Shown here one piece after another: positions 1 through 11,462 of a stretch of 64,000 nt of DNA. This stretch comes from Paramoeba atlantica. Taxonomy: Eukaryota > Protista > Discosea. How positions within the stretch are numbered: the first letter of the stretch is position 1; each line of letters starts with the position of its first letter. The DNA is taken from the NCBI GenBank assembly GCA_977017575.1, contig CDRNVI010000072.1, positions 1-64,000 on the forward strand, in the 5' to 3' direction. A model generated the notes under the pieces. The model searched no databases and was not told the DNA's origin. It saw nothing but the letters and a program-made list of their open reading frames with translations. Position numbers and translations under genes: made by a program.

Positions 1-395
1 TTTCAAAAAATTTTTTCCGAAAAAATCCGAACTTGGCGGACCCGTCCTGCGGATACGCGGGGGGGTCACCCCCGGGTAGGGGGGTGGAAAATGCGCGCCA
101 AGACCCCGGCTACCCTTTCTGCGGTTTTTTTTCGAAAACTAATTTTTTCGAAAAAATTTGCTCGACCATGCCCCCCCCCCCTGGACCCCCCCCTGGACCC
201 CCCCCCCCCTGGACCCCCCCCCCATGGACCCCCCATTTTTTTCAAATTTTTTTTTCAGTTTTGGACCACCGGAGCCCCCTTTTATATTTTTTTCTTCTAT
301 TATATTACTGTGTTCCTCTTTATATTTTCACTGTTTTTGTTCACTTTTTTTTTCAATAATCGAGTGTAGAGCGGTAGTTTTACAACCACCGCAAT
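1..395 (-). mobile_element. Family-A non-autonomous element, copy cut by window start
   Basis: Near-identical to 900-1322; internal GGACCCCCC VNTR; ends on + with hairpin GCGGTAGTTTTACAACCACCGC followed by AAT. Confidence 0.8.
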
Positions 396-1322
396 AATTT
401 TCTTTTTTAGGCTCTTCGTTAAACGCGGTGGTTGCTTTCAACTTAGAAGTCACTCGTGCTGCGCGCTTCGCGTTGAAAACTACCGCCGCGTTTAAACGAA
501 GAGCCTAAAAAAGAAAATTTAGCCTGGAAAACGGAAAGATTGTATAGCCAAAAGTAGCCGAATTTCGGGTACAAATGGGGGTCATTTTCGCATATTTTTG
601 CTCTCAGAGCACTAAATCCGACATTTGCGCGTGGGAAATCACTCGCAGGCATGATTGAAAGCCTACCGAACGTATTGGGTAGAGAATGCGACTTCCAACC
701 ATACCATTCTTTCGACACAAAAATGCCCCTTTAGGTCCGAAAAATACTTTTTCACCTTTTTTAGTCAAAAATGGGTCATTTTGAGGGGCGCATCACGGTC
801 AGAAGAAGTGATACCTTGCGAAAACAACTGCGTAGAAAGCTAATGTAGGTCCCAAACTATCAAAATACAATAGGAGGAAACGGTTTTGGAAAAATAATTT
901 TTTTGTCAATTTTTTCGCCAAGTTGAAATTTTTTTCAAAAAAATTTTTCCGAAAAAATCCGAACTTGGCGGACCCGTCCTGCGGATACGCGGGGGGGTCA
1001 CCCCCGGGTAGGGGGGTGGAAAATGCGCGCCAAGACCCGGCTACCCTTTCTGCGGTTTTTTTTTCGAAAACTAATTTTTTCGAAAAAATTTGCTCGACCA
1101 TGCCCCCCCCCCCTGGACCCCCCCCCTGGACCCCCCCCATGGACCCCCCCCATGGACCCCCCATTTTTTTCAAAATTTTTTTTCTGTTTTGGACCACCGG
1201 AGCCCCCTTTTATATTTTTTTCTTCTATTATATTACTGTGTTCCTCTTTATATTTTCACTGTTTTTGTTCACTTTTTTTTCAATAATCGAGTGTAGAGCG
1301 GTAGTTTTACAACCACCGCAAT
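396..1322 (-). mobile_element. Family-A element, full copy (124-bp palindrome at 396-519, short hairpin+AAT at 1322)
   Basis: Palindrome arms AATTTTCTTTTTTAGGCTCTTCGTTAAACGCGG.../...CCGCGTTTAAACGAAGAGCCTAAAAAAGAAAATT; body recurs at 1385-2250 and 43706-44515. Confidence 0.85.
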
Positions 1323-1384
1323 GCATACTAAGCGGCACATTGATAATGCATACAGCACATTGATAATGCATATAGCACATTGAT
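1323..1384. repeat. ~3 x 20-bp repeat (GCACATTGATAATGCATATA) at the centre of a large inverted repeat
   Basis: Direct reading. Confidence 0.85.
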
Positions 1385-2250
1385 ATTGCGGTGGTTGTAA
1401 AACTACCGCTCTACACTCGATCATTGAAAAAAAAGGTGAACAAAAACAGTGAAAATATAAAGGGGAACACAGTAATATAATAGAAGAAAAAAATATAAAG
1501 GGGGCTCCCGGTGGTCCAAAACTGAAAAAAAAATTTGGGGGGGTCATGGTCGAGCAAATTTTTTCGAAAAAATTAGTTTTCGAAAAAAAAAACCGCAGAA
1601 AGGGTAGCCGGGGTCTTGGCGCGCATTTTCCACCCCCCTACCCGGGGGTGACCCCCCCGCGTATCCGCAGGACGGGTCCGCCAAGTTCGGATTTTTTCGG
1701 AAAAAAAAATTTGAAAAAAAATTCAACTTGGCGAAAAAAATGACAAAAAAAATATTTTTCCAAAATCGTTTCCCCCTATTGTATTTTGATAGTTTGGGAC
1801 CTACACTAGCTTTCTCCGCAGTTGTTTTCACAAGGTATCCCTTCTTCGAACCGTGGTGCGCCCCTCAAAATGACCCATTTTTTGACTAAAAAAGGTGAAA
1901 AAAGTATTTTTCGGACCTAAAGGGGCATTTTTATGTCGAAAGAATGGTATGGTTGGAGTCGCATTCTCTACCCAATACGTTCGGTAGGCTTCCATTCAGG
2001 CCTACAAGTGATTTCCCACTCGCAAATGTCGGATTTAGTGCTCTGAGAGCAAAAATATGCGAAAATGACACCATTTGTACCCCGAAATTCGGCTATTTTT
2101 GGCTATAATCTTTCCGTTTTCCAGGCCAAATTTTCTTTTTTAGGCTCTTCGTTAAACGCGGCGGTAGTTTTTCAACGCGAAGCGCGCAGCATGAGTGACT
2201 TCTAAGTTGAAAACAACCACCGCGTTTAACGAAGAGCCTAAAAAAGAATT
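1385..2250 (+). mobile_element. Family-A element, inverted relative to 396-1322
   Basis: Starts ATTGCGGTGGTTGTAAAACTACCGC, is the reverse complement of 396-1322, ends in the large palindrome. Confidence 0.85.
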
Positions 2251-2278
2251 ATCAATGTGCGAGTGGGGTGCTGTGTCA

Positions 2279-2363
2279 GCACGGTTTCGCGCGGTTTCGG
2301 TGCGGTTTCGCACGGTTTCGCCGCGGTTTCGTGCGGTTTCGCCGCGGTTTCGCGCGGTTTCGG
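2279..2363. repeat. 10-12-bp tandem repeat (GCGCGGTTTC-like)
   Basis: About 8 imperfect copies. Confidence 0.85.
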
Positions 2364-2630
2364 AGAGATCCGAACGCCTTCTGTACATAAAGGTGGGTAT
2401 CGGTGCGGCCTCAGTGCGATCTCGTTTGGTGTGGTGCGGCCTCAGTGCGGTCTCGGCCAATCTTCCTTGCGTCATATTTCAACAATTGCGTAGAAAAAAT
2501 CTGAGTTAAGATTGTATTGGATCAAAGGATAATCAAAAGCAAATATGTGTACATTTTTTATGTTCTAACCAAGATTCATACTTTTTTTTTATGAAATATC
2601 GGTAGTGCGGTAATTTAGAAAACGTGAACA

Positions 2631-3450
2631 TTATGACTTGGCGCACTTACCCGGTTTTTTAGGGTCGTACGCCACGTTATGGATATGCTCCTTAAGCCAG
2701 TCTCTGCGGGCTTTTGTACACTCAACCATACCGCACCCTTTACTACACAAACACTCATCCTCATCACTTTTAGGTTTTAAACTTGAATATATCATAGAAT
2801 CAAAATCATACTGCGGCTTGTTAACCAGCAGACCGTACGTTACTACAGATACAATTGAAGGGCGTCTCGGACCCAAGGAATATCATGGTCAGTACCATGA
2901 AAAAAAACGAAACCTGTCAAAATGAGCAAAACATCGATCAATTCGAGACCGAATCAATGAAATTCTTTGGTTAAGCTGCTTTTGCGATTTGGTCAGACCA
3001 GAGATTTTTTTATAGGGTACAAGGCAGTGTGCACAACCAATGTACCCTAAATCAGCCAAAAAAAGGTCGTCCTTGTGGTGATCAAATACAGGAGTACGAT
3101 GCACACTCGTACTTTGGTAAATTTTCGCATCGTGGATGCTACCAACAACGGGTCTCCGAAAAAAAATTGGAACCCCGCCAACGTCAGCCAAAACTCTACC
3201 TTAAGCAGTGCTGGCGATGCTTTCCAGAGTAGGTGCTCTCTCGGGAACAGAGTTCTCCCGATGTCTTGTCCCGTACTTCTTTTGGCTTTCGTGCACGACA
3301 CGGAATTGTCGTGACGTCGAGCATGCAAGTAACATCAGGGAGCCAGGCGATTGCTTGAGTAAAACGAAGGTTGGGGTCCATGAGGTTGGGTGAGTGGCAC
3401 AGCTGTGCGACACGAGCGAAATCTTGTCGGAGAGTCCGGATAGAAACTGA
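2631..3450 (-). pseudogene. PIF/Harbinger (DDE_Tnp_4) transposase pseudogene
   Basis: Motifs LDVTTIP, YSGKHRQHCL, GSIHDAKIY, LADLGYIG, PYKK..LTKSQKQLNQRISLIRSRI; frameshift near 3195, stops near 2890; N-terminus cut at 3451. Confidence 0.85.
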
Positions 3451-4158
3451 AGTCAAAGTATAGGAATATTGCATAAGTATAGGAATATTGCATAAGTATA
3501 GGAATATTGCATAACTCTATTTTTGACCCCCCACCCCTTAATATGAGTTTCTTGATTTCGGTAGACAATTATAACCGTTGTATAGATCTGCGATTACACT
3601 GTCGGGAAACCACCTATTTTTTGTAATTTGAAACAAATTTTTACAAAGTCAAGGGTGGTATATTTCTCGAAAATATGCGATTTTTTTTATTTGTTACGTG
3701 CCTCATAGACTTGTAACCCCGGGAAAATGGAATACTGAACATATGGACGCTATAACGTACCCTAATCTATCACTTTGAACTACTTTTACTTCGAATGAAG
3801 ACTTCACATATAAGGGGTGACCCTTCCAAAATGCCCTAAAATGGCCACTTTTCGTGGATTTTGCTTAAAAAAGCCCACTTTCACCTGTTTTTGGCTACTT
3901 TGGCGGGGTCACCCCCTATATGCAACTTTTCCATTTTTAGAAAATGTGATGTGCGTATATACTTTGGAGTCTCATCTACAAGGAAAAGGATTTGTAAGAT
4001 CCAATACAGGTGGGATCTTGCCAGGAGAAATTTTTCAAAAGTTAAAAAAAAATTAGAGGGGCTCTGCAATATTCCTATACTTATGCAATATTCCTATACT
4101 TATGCAATATTCCTATACTTATGCAATATTCCTATACTTATGCAATATTCCTATACTT
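3451..4158. mobile_element. Non-autonomous element bounded by inverted arrays of a 19-bp repeat (Merlin-type ends)
   Basis: 3 x AGTATAGGAATATTGCATA at 3457-3512, 5 inverted copies at 4064-4158; similar arrays bound the Merlin at 26609-28210; no TSD recognised. Confidence 0.65.
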
Positions 4159-4239
4159 CGGAACAGCACATTCACATGCATAAAGTTTTAGGCACCGATT
4201 TCAACTTTTGCCAAAAGTTGGTGCGGGGTGCTATGGGAA

Positions 4240-4599
4240 CTCACCTTTGCTCCCGGTGAGGCCCCGGAGTTGCGAGAGGCCTCCATACCCCACAACTACC
4301 ACCTTCCCCCCCCTATTTAGCGGGGGTTCGCGCGAGCGACCCCTGATAAATGGGGGGAAGGTGGTAGTTGTTTTGGGGAATATGAGAGGCCGAACGCACG
4401 GAGGGGCCGGCGGGCCACTGAGTCACGTGAAAGTGTGACACCCAAAAACTAAACCTAGATCTTGTTTGCACAACAGAACCGTAAATGGCACGTAAAGATA
4501 GTTGGCCGGGGATTGTGTATTTATTTTCCTATGCATTGTCACGTTCTTTACCTTTTGGGGGCAAATTGTGAACGTCGACCAGAAAAGGGGCATTCTAAA
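4240..4599. repeat. Family-D dispersed repeat with ~90-bp internal hairpin
   Basis: Reverse-complement copy at 8331-8740 and partial copy at 26765-26945; arms CAACTACCACCTTCCCCCC/GGGGGAAGGTGGTAGTTG. Confidence 0.8.
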
Positions 4600-5594
4600 C
4601 ACTGTCAACATGGGTAACCAACTTGAAGGTATACAGGATACGGAATGAAATAACCTGTACTTTCTGCGGGAAGAAATTTCCTCCTGCGTGAAGAAATAAC
4701 GACGGTACACATGGACACAAAAAATAACGAGCCTTACTCCGAGTCACTACTTTCGTCTTCTTGCCTGCACAAGGGGTGACCCTCGTAAAATGGGCGAAAA
4801 CGGCGAAAAACGACCATTTTTCACGAAATTGTCCAAAAATGGTCATTTTTTGCGATTTTCAAGGGGTTACCCCTTACATGAAAACCGCTCATTCAAAGTT
4901 TTGTGAGTACACACGAACAGTTTAAGACCTGAAGAAGGCCCTATGTGATCCCTTTTCAACATTACGCGCAGTACAGAGACATCGTAAGGTCAACATCGCC
5001 GAAAAAGGTATTTTTTTGGCAAAATGTCATGCACATTGTTGCCTCCAAATATTCTCCCCAGGACCCAAACCAGGGGGTAATTCGGTAGTATAATGACAGA
5101 TCTGTATGATGGTGCTATACATGAGTCGCAATGGACCAACTCATATAAAGGGGGTCCCTGCTAAAAATTGACTTCTGCAAAAGTCCTTGACTTATGCAAA
5201 AGTCCTTTACTTTGACCCAGTGTACTTGGTAGGCATGAAGTGATCTCTTTACGACTTCATGCCGCTCAAGGCTGAACGTAGCTAGTCCGGAAAGGTTTCA
5301 CCGAGGTTTTGCGAGGTTTCATCGAACTTTCGCGAGGCCCTCAAACGAAAAAAGGCGAATCACATCGGATTTCTCCGGTTGGGTTCTCCGCATTTGGTGT
5401 TTCGAGATCGACTAGGAACGCAACTCGGCCAAGCCTTGGCGATGGGAAGCAATACAATAGTTGGCAACAGTTAGCTGGTTACAGTAGTTGGTATTTTAGA
5501 GAGTTTTTTAGAGTTGGTATTTTTTAGAGCCGTGCGTGGAGTTATCGGAAATCCGGAACCTCGTCGCCCGCAGTCTTTGCATTTTTTCGGAAAA

Positions 5595-5667
5595 TGCGAA
5601 CTGTGAGGATCGAACTCACGACCTTGGGATTATGAGACCCACGCGCTGCCGACTGCGCCAAATTCGC
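5595..5667 (-). tRNA. tRNA-Met(CAT), elongator type
   Basis: Cloverleaf: acceptor GCGAATT/AGTTCGC, loop CTCATAA, T31-T39 pair, T-arm GTGAG-TTCGATC-CTCAC, downstream TTTT. Confidence 0.95.
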
Positions 5668-5742
5668 CCCTGTCGTTCGACGCACAAGCTCTAGATTCAT
5701 TCTTGTTTTCATGTCACAAGATGTGACGTCGCTGGCGGTGAT

Positions 5743-5815
5743 GCCCCAGTGGCCTAATGGTTAAGGCGTCGGATTTCTAATCCGGAGATTGCGGGTTCGA
5801 GTCCCGTCTGGGGTA
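5743..5815 (+). tRNA. tRNA-Arg(TCT)
   Basis: Acceptor GCCCCAG/CTGGGGT, loop TTTCTAA, GTTCGAGTC, downstream TTTT. Confidence 0.95.
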
Positions 5816-5828
5816 TTTTCATCGAAAA

Positions 5829-5910
5829 TGCTGGAGTTGGGATTCGAACCCACGAAGCAATCGCAGTGGATCTTAAGTCCACCCCCTTTGACCAACTCGG
5901 GTACCCCAGC
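5829..5910 (-). tRNA. tRNA-Leu(TAA)
   Basis: GTGGA-CTTAAGA-TCCAC anticodon arm, long variable arm, GTTCGAATC. Confidence 0.95.
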
Positions 5911-5967
5911 GTGCCATGCCTTCCTTTGAGACTCTGGGTAACCGAGTAGGCCAGCATTGACTAAAAA

Positions 5968-6049
5968 CGCAGACGGCAGGGTTCGAACCTACGCATGCAG
6001 AGCACAACTCCTTAGCAGGGAGTCCCGTTAACCACTTCGGTACGTCTGC
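5968..6049 (-). tRNA. tRNA-Ser(GCT)
   Basis: Acceptor GCAGACG/CGTCTGC, ACTCC-CTGCTAA-GGAGT, long variable arm, discriminator G. Confidence 0.95.
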
Positions 6050-6689
6050 TTGACGATGTTCCTGGCAGATTCTAACTGGCCGTGATACCGCTAAATTTTT
6101 GTCCAGTCGCGCATTGTTCCGTCACGGGCGCCTTTCATGACGTCCTTGTGCTTGGGATTAAGTGGGCGCCGTGACCTCTGGTAGCTCCTGCATTTTGCTT
6201 ACCCTCGCAATCAACTAAATATTTGGAACCGTCCCGACGGCGTTACTTTTTTTTCGCACGATAACACACTGAATTCCCTGAGTTTCCTCACAACGTTGCT
6301 TGTGTTTATGCATGCTGTTTCTGCGCCTTGGTACATTTTGCTAGCCCTTTCTTTTCCAGGAAACGGGCATATATTTTCCCTTTTCATGCCCGTTTACGGC
6401 TTTGTCGTGGAAGTAGGGGACGTACTTCCGACTCTTCACCCCTCCCCGGCTGACTCCTTGAGTGAGTTTTCTTCCCTCCCCGGCTCTCTGTGTCTCGTGC
6501 TCTCTTCTCCCGAGAGCTATGCGCCATAGTCGTCTTCTTTGAGGGCCACTGGGCCTGGCACTGTATCGTCTTATCTCGAAGCAGCGGTCGGTTACAGTAC
6601 GGCCCTCCGGCTGCGTAAAGAGGCAGTTTTGGCCTAAAACTCGAGTAAATACTCGAGGTATTTTCGCCCAAAAAAGCTAGATGTTCAAG

Positions 6690-7203
6690 CATGGGTCATT
6701 TTGGGAGGCGTGCCACGGCTCCAAGGAGGGGTATCTTGTGAAAAGAACGTTACCTTGTGAAAAATAGCCGATTTTCGGTTAAAATTGGGGTATTTTTGCT
6801 CTCTGAGCACTAAATCCGACATTTGCGTGTGGGAAATCACTCGTAGGCTAGAATCAAATCCTACAGAACGCAATCGGCAGAGAATGCGAATCCAACCACG
6901 CCATTCTTCCGGGACAAAAAGACCCCAAACTCCTCAAAATATAGGCAAAATGATTTAAAAAAAAATGTTGCTATTTTTTTCGCCGAGTTTAAATTTTATT
7001 CAATTTTGTTCTTCTAAAAAAACGAATTCTGAAAAAAGGTAAACAAAAACAGTGAAAACGGTGTAGAAAGCTAGAATAGGTCCCAAGCTATCAAAATACA
7101 ATAGGCGAAACGATTTTGGAAAAATATTTTTTTTACAATTTTTTTCGTCAAGTTGAAATTTTTTTCAAACAAAAAATTCGAAAAAATCCGAACTTGACGG
7201 ACC
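6690..7203 (-). mobile_element. Diverged internal fragment of family A
   Basis: Shares GCACTAAATCCGACATTTGCG..GTGGGAAATCACTCG and CTATCAAAATACAATAGG blocks with 520-970. Confidence 0.7.
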
Positions 7204-8068
7204 ATATCATATTCCCATATCATTTCGCGGGTCCATAAAATCTTTAAAAACAATTGCACAGCGAGGAGAAGAAGATGTACGAGGGCGTTGCAATCCGAAT
7301 GATATGAAGCGATGCGCAACGCTTATCTGCGGTGCTGGCGTGAAACTGGATAAAAATGGAAGTCCAACGAGTCATTTCTTTCTAAAACCTTTTATCGTGT
7401 GGAAAGGAGCTGGAAAAGGATCTAGTCACGAGATATTTGATGCAAGGACGGCTCGAGCTTTTACTCCGAAAGGTGTCGTGAACAAAGATTTTTTTCTCCA
7501 AGACTTTATTCCCTTTCTCAAACGTGAACTGGATATAAACGACGCAGGCCGCACTTTAATTTATCTAGACTCCTGCCGATCTCACATAACAAGTGACGTT
7601 CTCGATGCGTTTGCCACTGTGGCTAACTGCTATTGTGTCATATTACCCCCTGCAACAACATCCTGGATCCAATGGATTGATGTATTTTATGCTTCTTCGT
7701 ACAAACGCGAGCAAGTAAACATTTGGCACAGAGAACAACATGTCCGTCGGACCGCCCGCCAAAAAAGACACTGGATGGATAATGCCGTTGCCCGAGCGCA
7801 CGGACAAGTTATAAACCTCGACAACGACTCTCTTGATGAATCAGGGACCCTTTCCTCTTCTATGAACGTTGTTCAACAATTCAAAAGCTTGGGGTATATC
7901 GACCCTTGTGATGCATCGTGGTCGCATGTGAAATGTTTAGAAGGATATGTCTTTGTTCCACCAAGCGATGACGATGAGAGAGACGAAGCTAAGAGAATCG
8001 AAGATGCCTTTAAGCGTGGGAAAAGCGTCCAGGCACGAAAATCATTCCAAGGACGGCTCGATAAATAG
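7202..8068 (+). pseudogene. 5'-truncated pogo-like (DDE_1) transposase, DD36D
   Basis: Frame open upstream of the annotated ATG to ~7202 (KTIAQRGEEDV...KRCATLIC); LIYLDSCRSH and LPPATTSWIQWIDV; no DNA-binding N-terminus. Confidence 0.8.
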
Positions 8069-8330
8069 TGTAACCCACGACGCTCCACCGAATAAAGGTA
8101 AAGAAAAGAAAGATTTATGAAGTTTATGAAGTCGGGTAAAGATTCAGATAAAAAAAATATTGTTAAAGATTGCATACATAAAAAAACAATTTATTAATTT
8201 TATTACAAACTTAATAATAACCCGCCGACAAGTTAATATTAAGTTTCAAAACGTTGACAGGTTATTATTAAGTTTGACAGGTTATTATTAAGTTGTCAAG
8301 TTATTATTAAGTTTCAACAACTTAATATTA

Positions 8331-8740
8331 TTCCGTCCCCCGGTTTACCACCTTCCCCCCTATTTAGAATGCCCCTTTTCTGGTCGACGTTCACAATTTG
8401 CCCCCAAAAAGGTAAAGAACGTGACAATGCATAGGAAAATAAATACACAATCCTGCGGCCAAACCACAATCCCCGGCCAACCATCTTTACGTACCATTTG
8501 CGGTTCTGTTGTGCAAACAAGATCTAGGTTTAGTTTTTGGGTATCACACTTTCACGTGACTCAGTGGCCCGGCCGGCCCCTCCGTGCGTTCGGCCTCTCA
8601 TTTTCCCCAAAACAACTACCACCTTCCCCTCATTTACCAGGGGTCGCTCGCGCGACCCCCGCTAAATAGGGGGGGAAGGTGGTAGTTGTGGGGTATGGAG
8701 GCCTCTCGCAACACCGGGGCCTCACCTGGAGGAAAGGTGA
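8331..8740. repeat. Family-D repeat, inverted relative to 4240-4599
   Basis: Reverse-complement alignment by eye; extra copy of the hairpin-arm motif at the far end (~8346-8367). Confidence 0.8.
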
Positions 8741-8967
8741 ATTTATCTAATTCCATTTTTTGGCAATGTTAAAAACCTAAAATTTCTAGTCAACCTCAAA
8801 TTTCGCGAACGCCAACCGAAAATGATCATATTTTTTAAGGGTTCAATTTTTTTTTAATGGGTCAAAAAAATTTTAAGGGCTCAAAAAAAATTTGAAGGCT
8901 CGATTTTTTTTCAACTTTTATGCCAGATAAAGGTGCAGAATTTTTTTCACTATTTAGCGCTTTTTTA

Positions 8968-9745
8968 TTTAGGTTCTTCGTTATACGCGGTGGTTGTTTT
9001 CAACTTAGAAGTCACTAATGCTGCGCGCTTCACGTTGAAAACTACCACCGCGTATAACGAAGAGCCTAAAAAAGAAAAATCGCCAGAAAATCATGAATAA
9101 TCTAGTTTTTCGGGTGAAAACCCTCGATTTTTCGCCAAAAATTGCGAAACCCGAAATTGGGATGTTTTTGATGCCTTACCAGTAGGGGCAGGAGGTGAAT
9201 CTGTCAAACAAAAACGTCGTAGAATGGTAGCTGGGGTCCCAAACTCCTAAAACACGTTTTAGGAGTCGATTTTGGAAAAATAATATTTTTGCTCTTTTTT
9301 GGGTCAAAAAAAGATTTTTTTTGGTCATCCCAAAAAATTTCGGAATTTTTGACCTTGTCGGACCCCTCCCGCGCGTACCAGGGGGGGTTACCCCAAGGTG
9401 GGGGGGTGGAAAGTCATCGCCGCGGCCTACTCTACCACTTCCCTGCGCTCGATTTCGAAAATCAAGATCCCCCCCTGGATCCCCCCCTGGATCCCCCCCT
9501 GGATCCCCCCCTGGATCCCCCCCTGGACCCCCCCCCATGGACCCTCCCCATGGACCCCCCCCTTGGACCCCCCCCTTGACCCCCCATTTTTTTCAATTTT
9601 TTTTTTCAATTTTGGACCACCGGGCCCCCACTTTATATTTTTTTCTTCTATTATATTACTGTGTTCCTCTTTATATTTTCACTGTTTTTGTTCACTTTTT
9701 TTTCAATAATCGAGGGTAGAGCGGTAGTTATACAACCACCGCAAT
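8968..9745 (-). mobile_element. Family-A variant (same ends, different internal segment)
   Basis: Palindrome ~8968-9080, GGATCCCCCC VNTR, terminal CAACCACCGCAAT; internal segment shared with 13450-13680 and 47380-47600. Confidence 0.8.
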
Positions 9746-9884
9746 AAATTGCCCTATTCTTGGGATTTATAAATACTTCTTATTTATACAGGAAATCGTT
9801 GCTCCTCGATTATTATTATTTTCCTCGAAATGCAAAGCAAAGCGAATAGGTTTCAGATATTTTTTTTACTGAAAGCTAAGAATT

Positions 9885-10877
9885 ATGACCTCACGTCGGA
9901 AAAGAAGTGCTACAGAGTCTTTTGGAAACATGGAACACTTTACAAGTGTTGGCAACCGTCCTGCACCTCATTGGTTGGCAAAACAATTTGGCGTTACATA
10001 TGTATGTCGGTTACACATGTATGTCGGTAAAGCTCTGGAAAACTTATGCAAGGGTGACAAGCGCAGCGCTACGTTGATAGCTGCTGTTTCATTGGCAGGT
10101 TCCATATTAGACCCATTCATTATATGGAATGGTGTAGAAACCCATAGTGGTGCACATGTTCGTACTGCTTCTAGCTCCGTACAGTATCAAACTTCCAATC
10201 ACTACATTTCTACTGGGGCACTACTTGAGTTTATCCATTGCATTTTGCACCCCTATTACATTCAATTGCGTAATGAGAAGAAGTTTGTAATGAAGGTGCC
10301 TTTGATACTTCTCATCGACTGTTGCAGTGTTCACATTAGCTCGAGTACTAAAGAGCAGATTATTCATGAATGTCGAGAAGGTGGTGCATTTGACTGGTTA
10401 AGAATAGTGTATGTTCCTGCGAGATGCACTGGAAAATTTCAGCCTTGTGATGTTGGTGTTTATGATCGACTTAAACAAAGGTTACGTTATGAGCGCTCAA
10501 ACGTATTGCTAAAGTATTGCCGTTATTGTAAAATCAAAGGGAGAACAAATTGGGACAAAACGCTCGGGAACAAGATATCCAAGGAGCAGCTCCTTGAGTC
10601 CATCACACTCTCGTACAACCATATGAGAAGCCCTAAGCAATGTGCCGCTACTCCAAGCGCCTGGGAAAAGTGTGGAATAACTGTGGAGACATTAGAAGGC
10701 AGATCGAATTCCACGGAAGCTTGGACACGTCGCCGTGAATTGTTTCCTCATCTTTATGAGCAAGATATTGCAGCTACACAGGATGAAACAGATATCTCGG
10801 ACGAAGACTGGGAGGCCGAGGTGCCCAATGACCTTGATACACAATCACACTTGGGGTTTCCGGCAGTTAAAAATTAA
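9885..10877 (+). pseudogene. pogo-like (DDE_1) transposase remnant, DD43D
   Basis: DKRSATLIAAVSLAG...PFIIW, LLIDCCSVH, YVPARCTGKFQPCDVGV; no HTH or first Asp recognisable. Confidence 0.75.
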
Positions 10878-11227
10878 ATTAGCCTTATTCATAGTTTTCA
10901 CTATGGATTTCCGTGTACCAAAATATTTTGCTTTTTTAATTGGAAAGGTGTTTTATTTCTTCGATATCATTTTGAATTTGGGTTGAATTTGGGAAGACCC
11001 ACCAAAAAAACTAGGCAGAGAGAATCTTTCTCTTCCCCTATTCCGCTTTTTTACCTCTTTGTTTTTTATCTTCACAAAGATTTGGGTTACTTTACAATGG
11101 GCGGTACTGTATTGGTGTCATTTTTTATGTCTAAGAAGTATCAGTGCTAGGCTTTTTCTCCGGCTGAAGTTTCTGAATCCCTTTTTTGTCTTCGACGGAT
11201 AAAGATACCGTTTCTGTAAAGCACGCT

Positions 11228-11335
11228 TCACTGAAGCCTGACACACTCAGCATGGGGAAGTGTGGTCGAGACCTCCTCGCGGTCTTCCCTGGCACTACCA
11301 TCTTTCAGGTGCTAACTCCGACCTCTTTTGGCACC
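11228..11335. repeat. ~100-bp dispersed repeat E
   Basis: CAGCATGGGGAAG..GGTCG.GACCT.CTCGCGGTCTTCCCTGGCACTACCATCTT recurs at ~49885-49985. Confidence 0.75.
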
Positions 11336-11462
11336 ATAGTGACTAGACATACCTACGTCGTACTACCTACGTAGTAGCTAGTACTACTAGCTAGTACTAC
11401 TACCTAACTAGTAACTAGTACTATGAATACCGTTTACTTTGGACACCTCGGGTCTGCAGCAC

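Noticed and set aside
33-9719. Pro-rich ORFs (MADPSCG..., PPLDPP)
   Set aside because: Translations of the family-A VNTR; frames differ between copies through homopolymer changes
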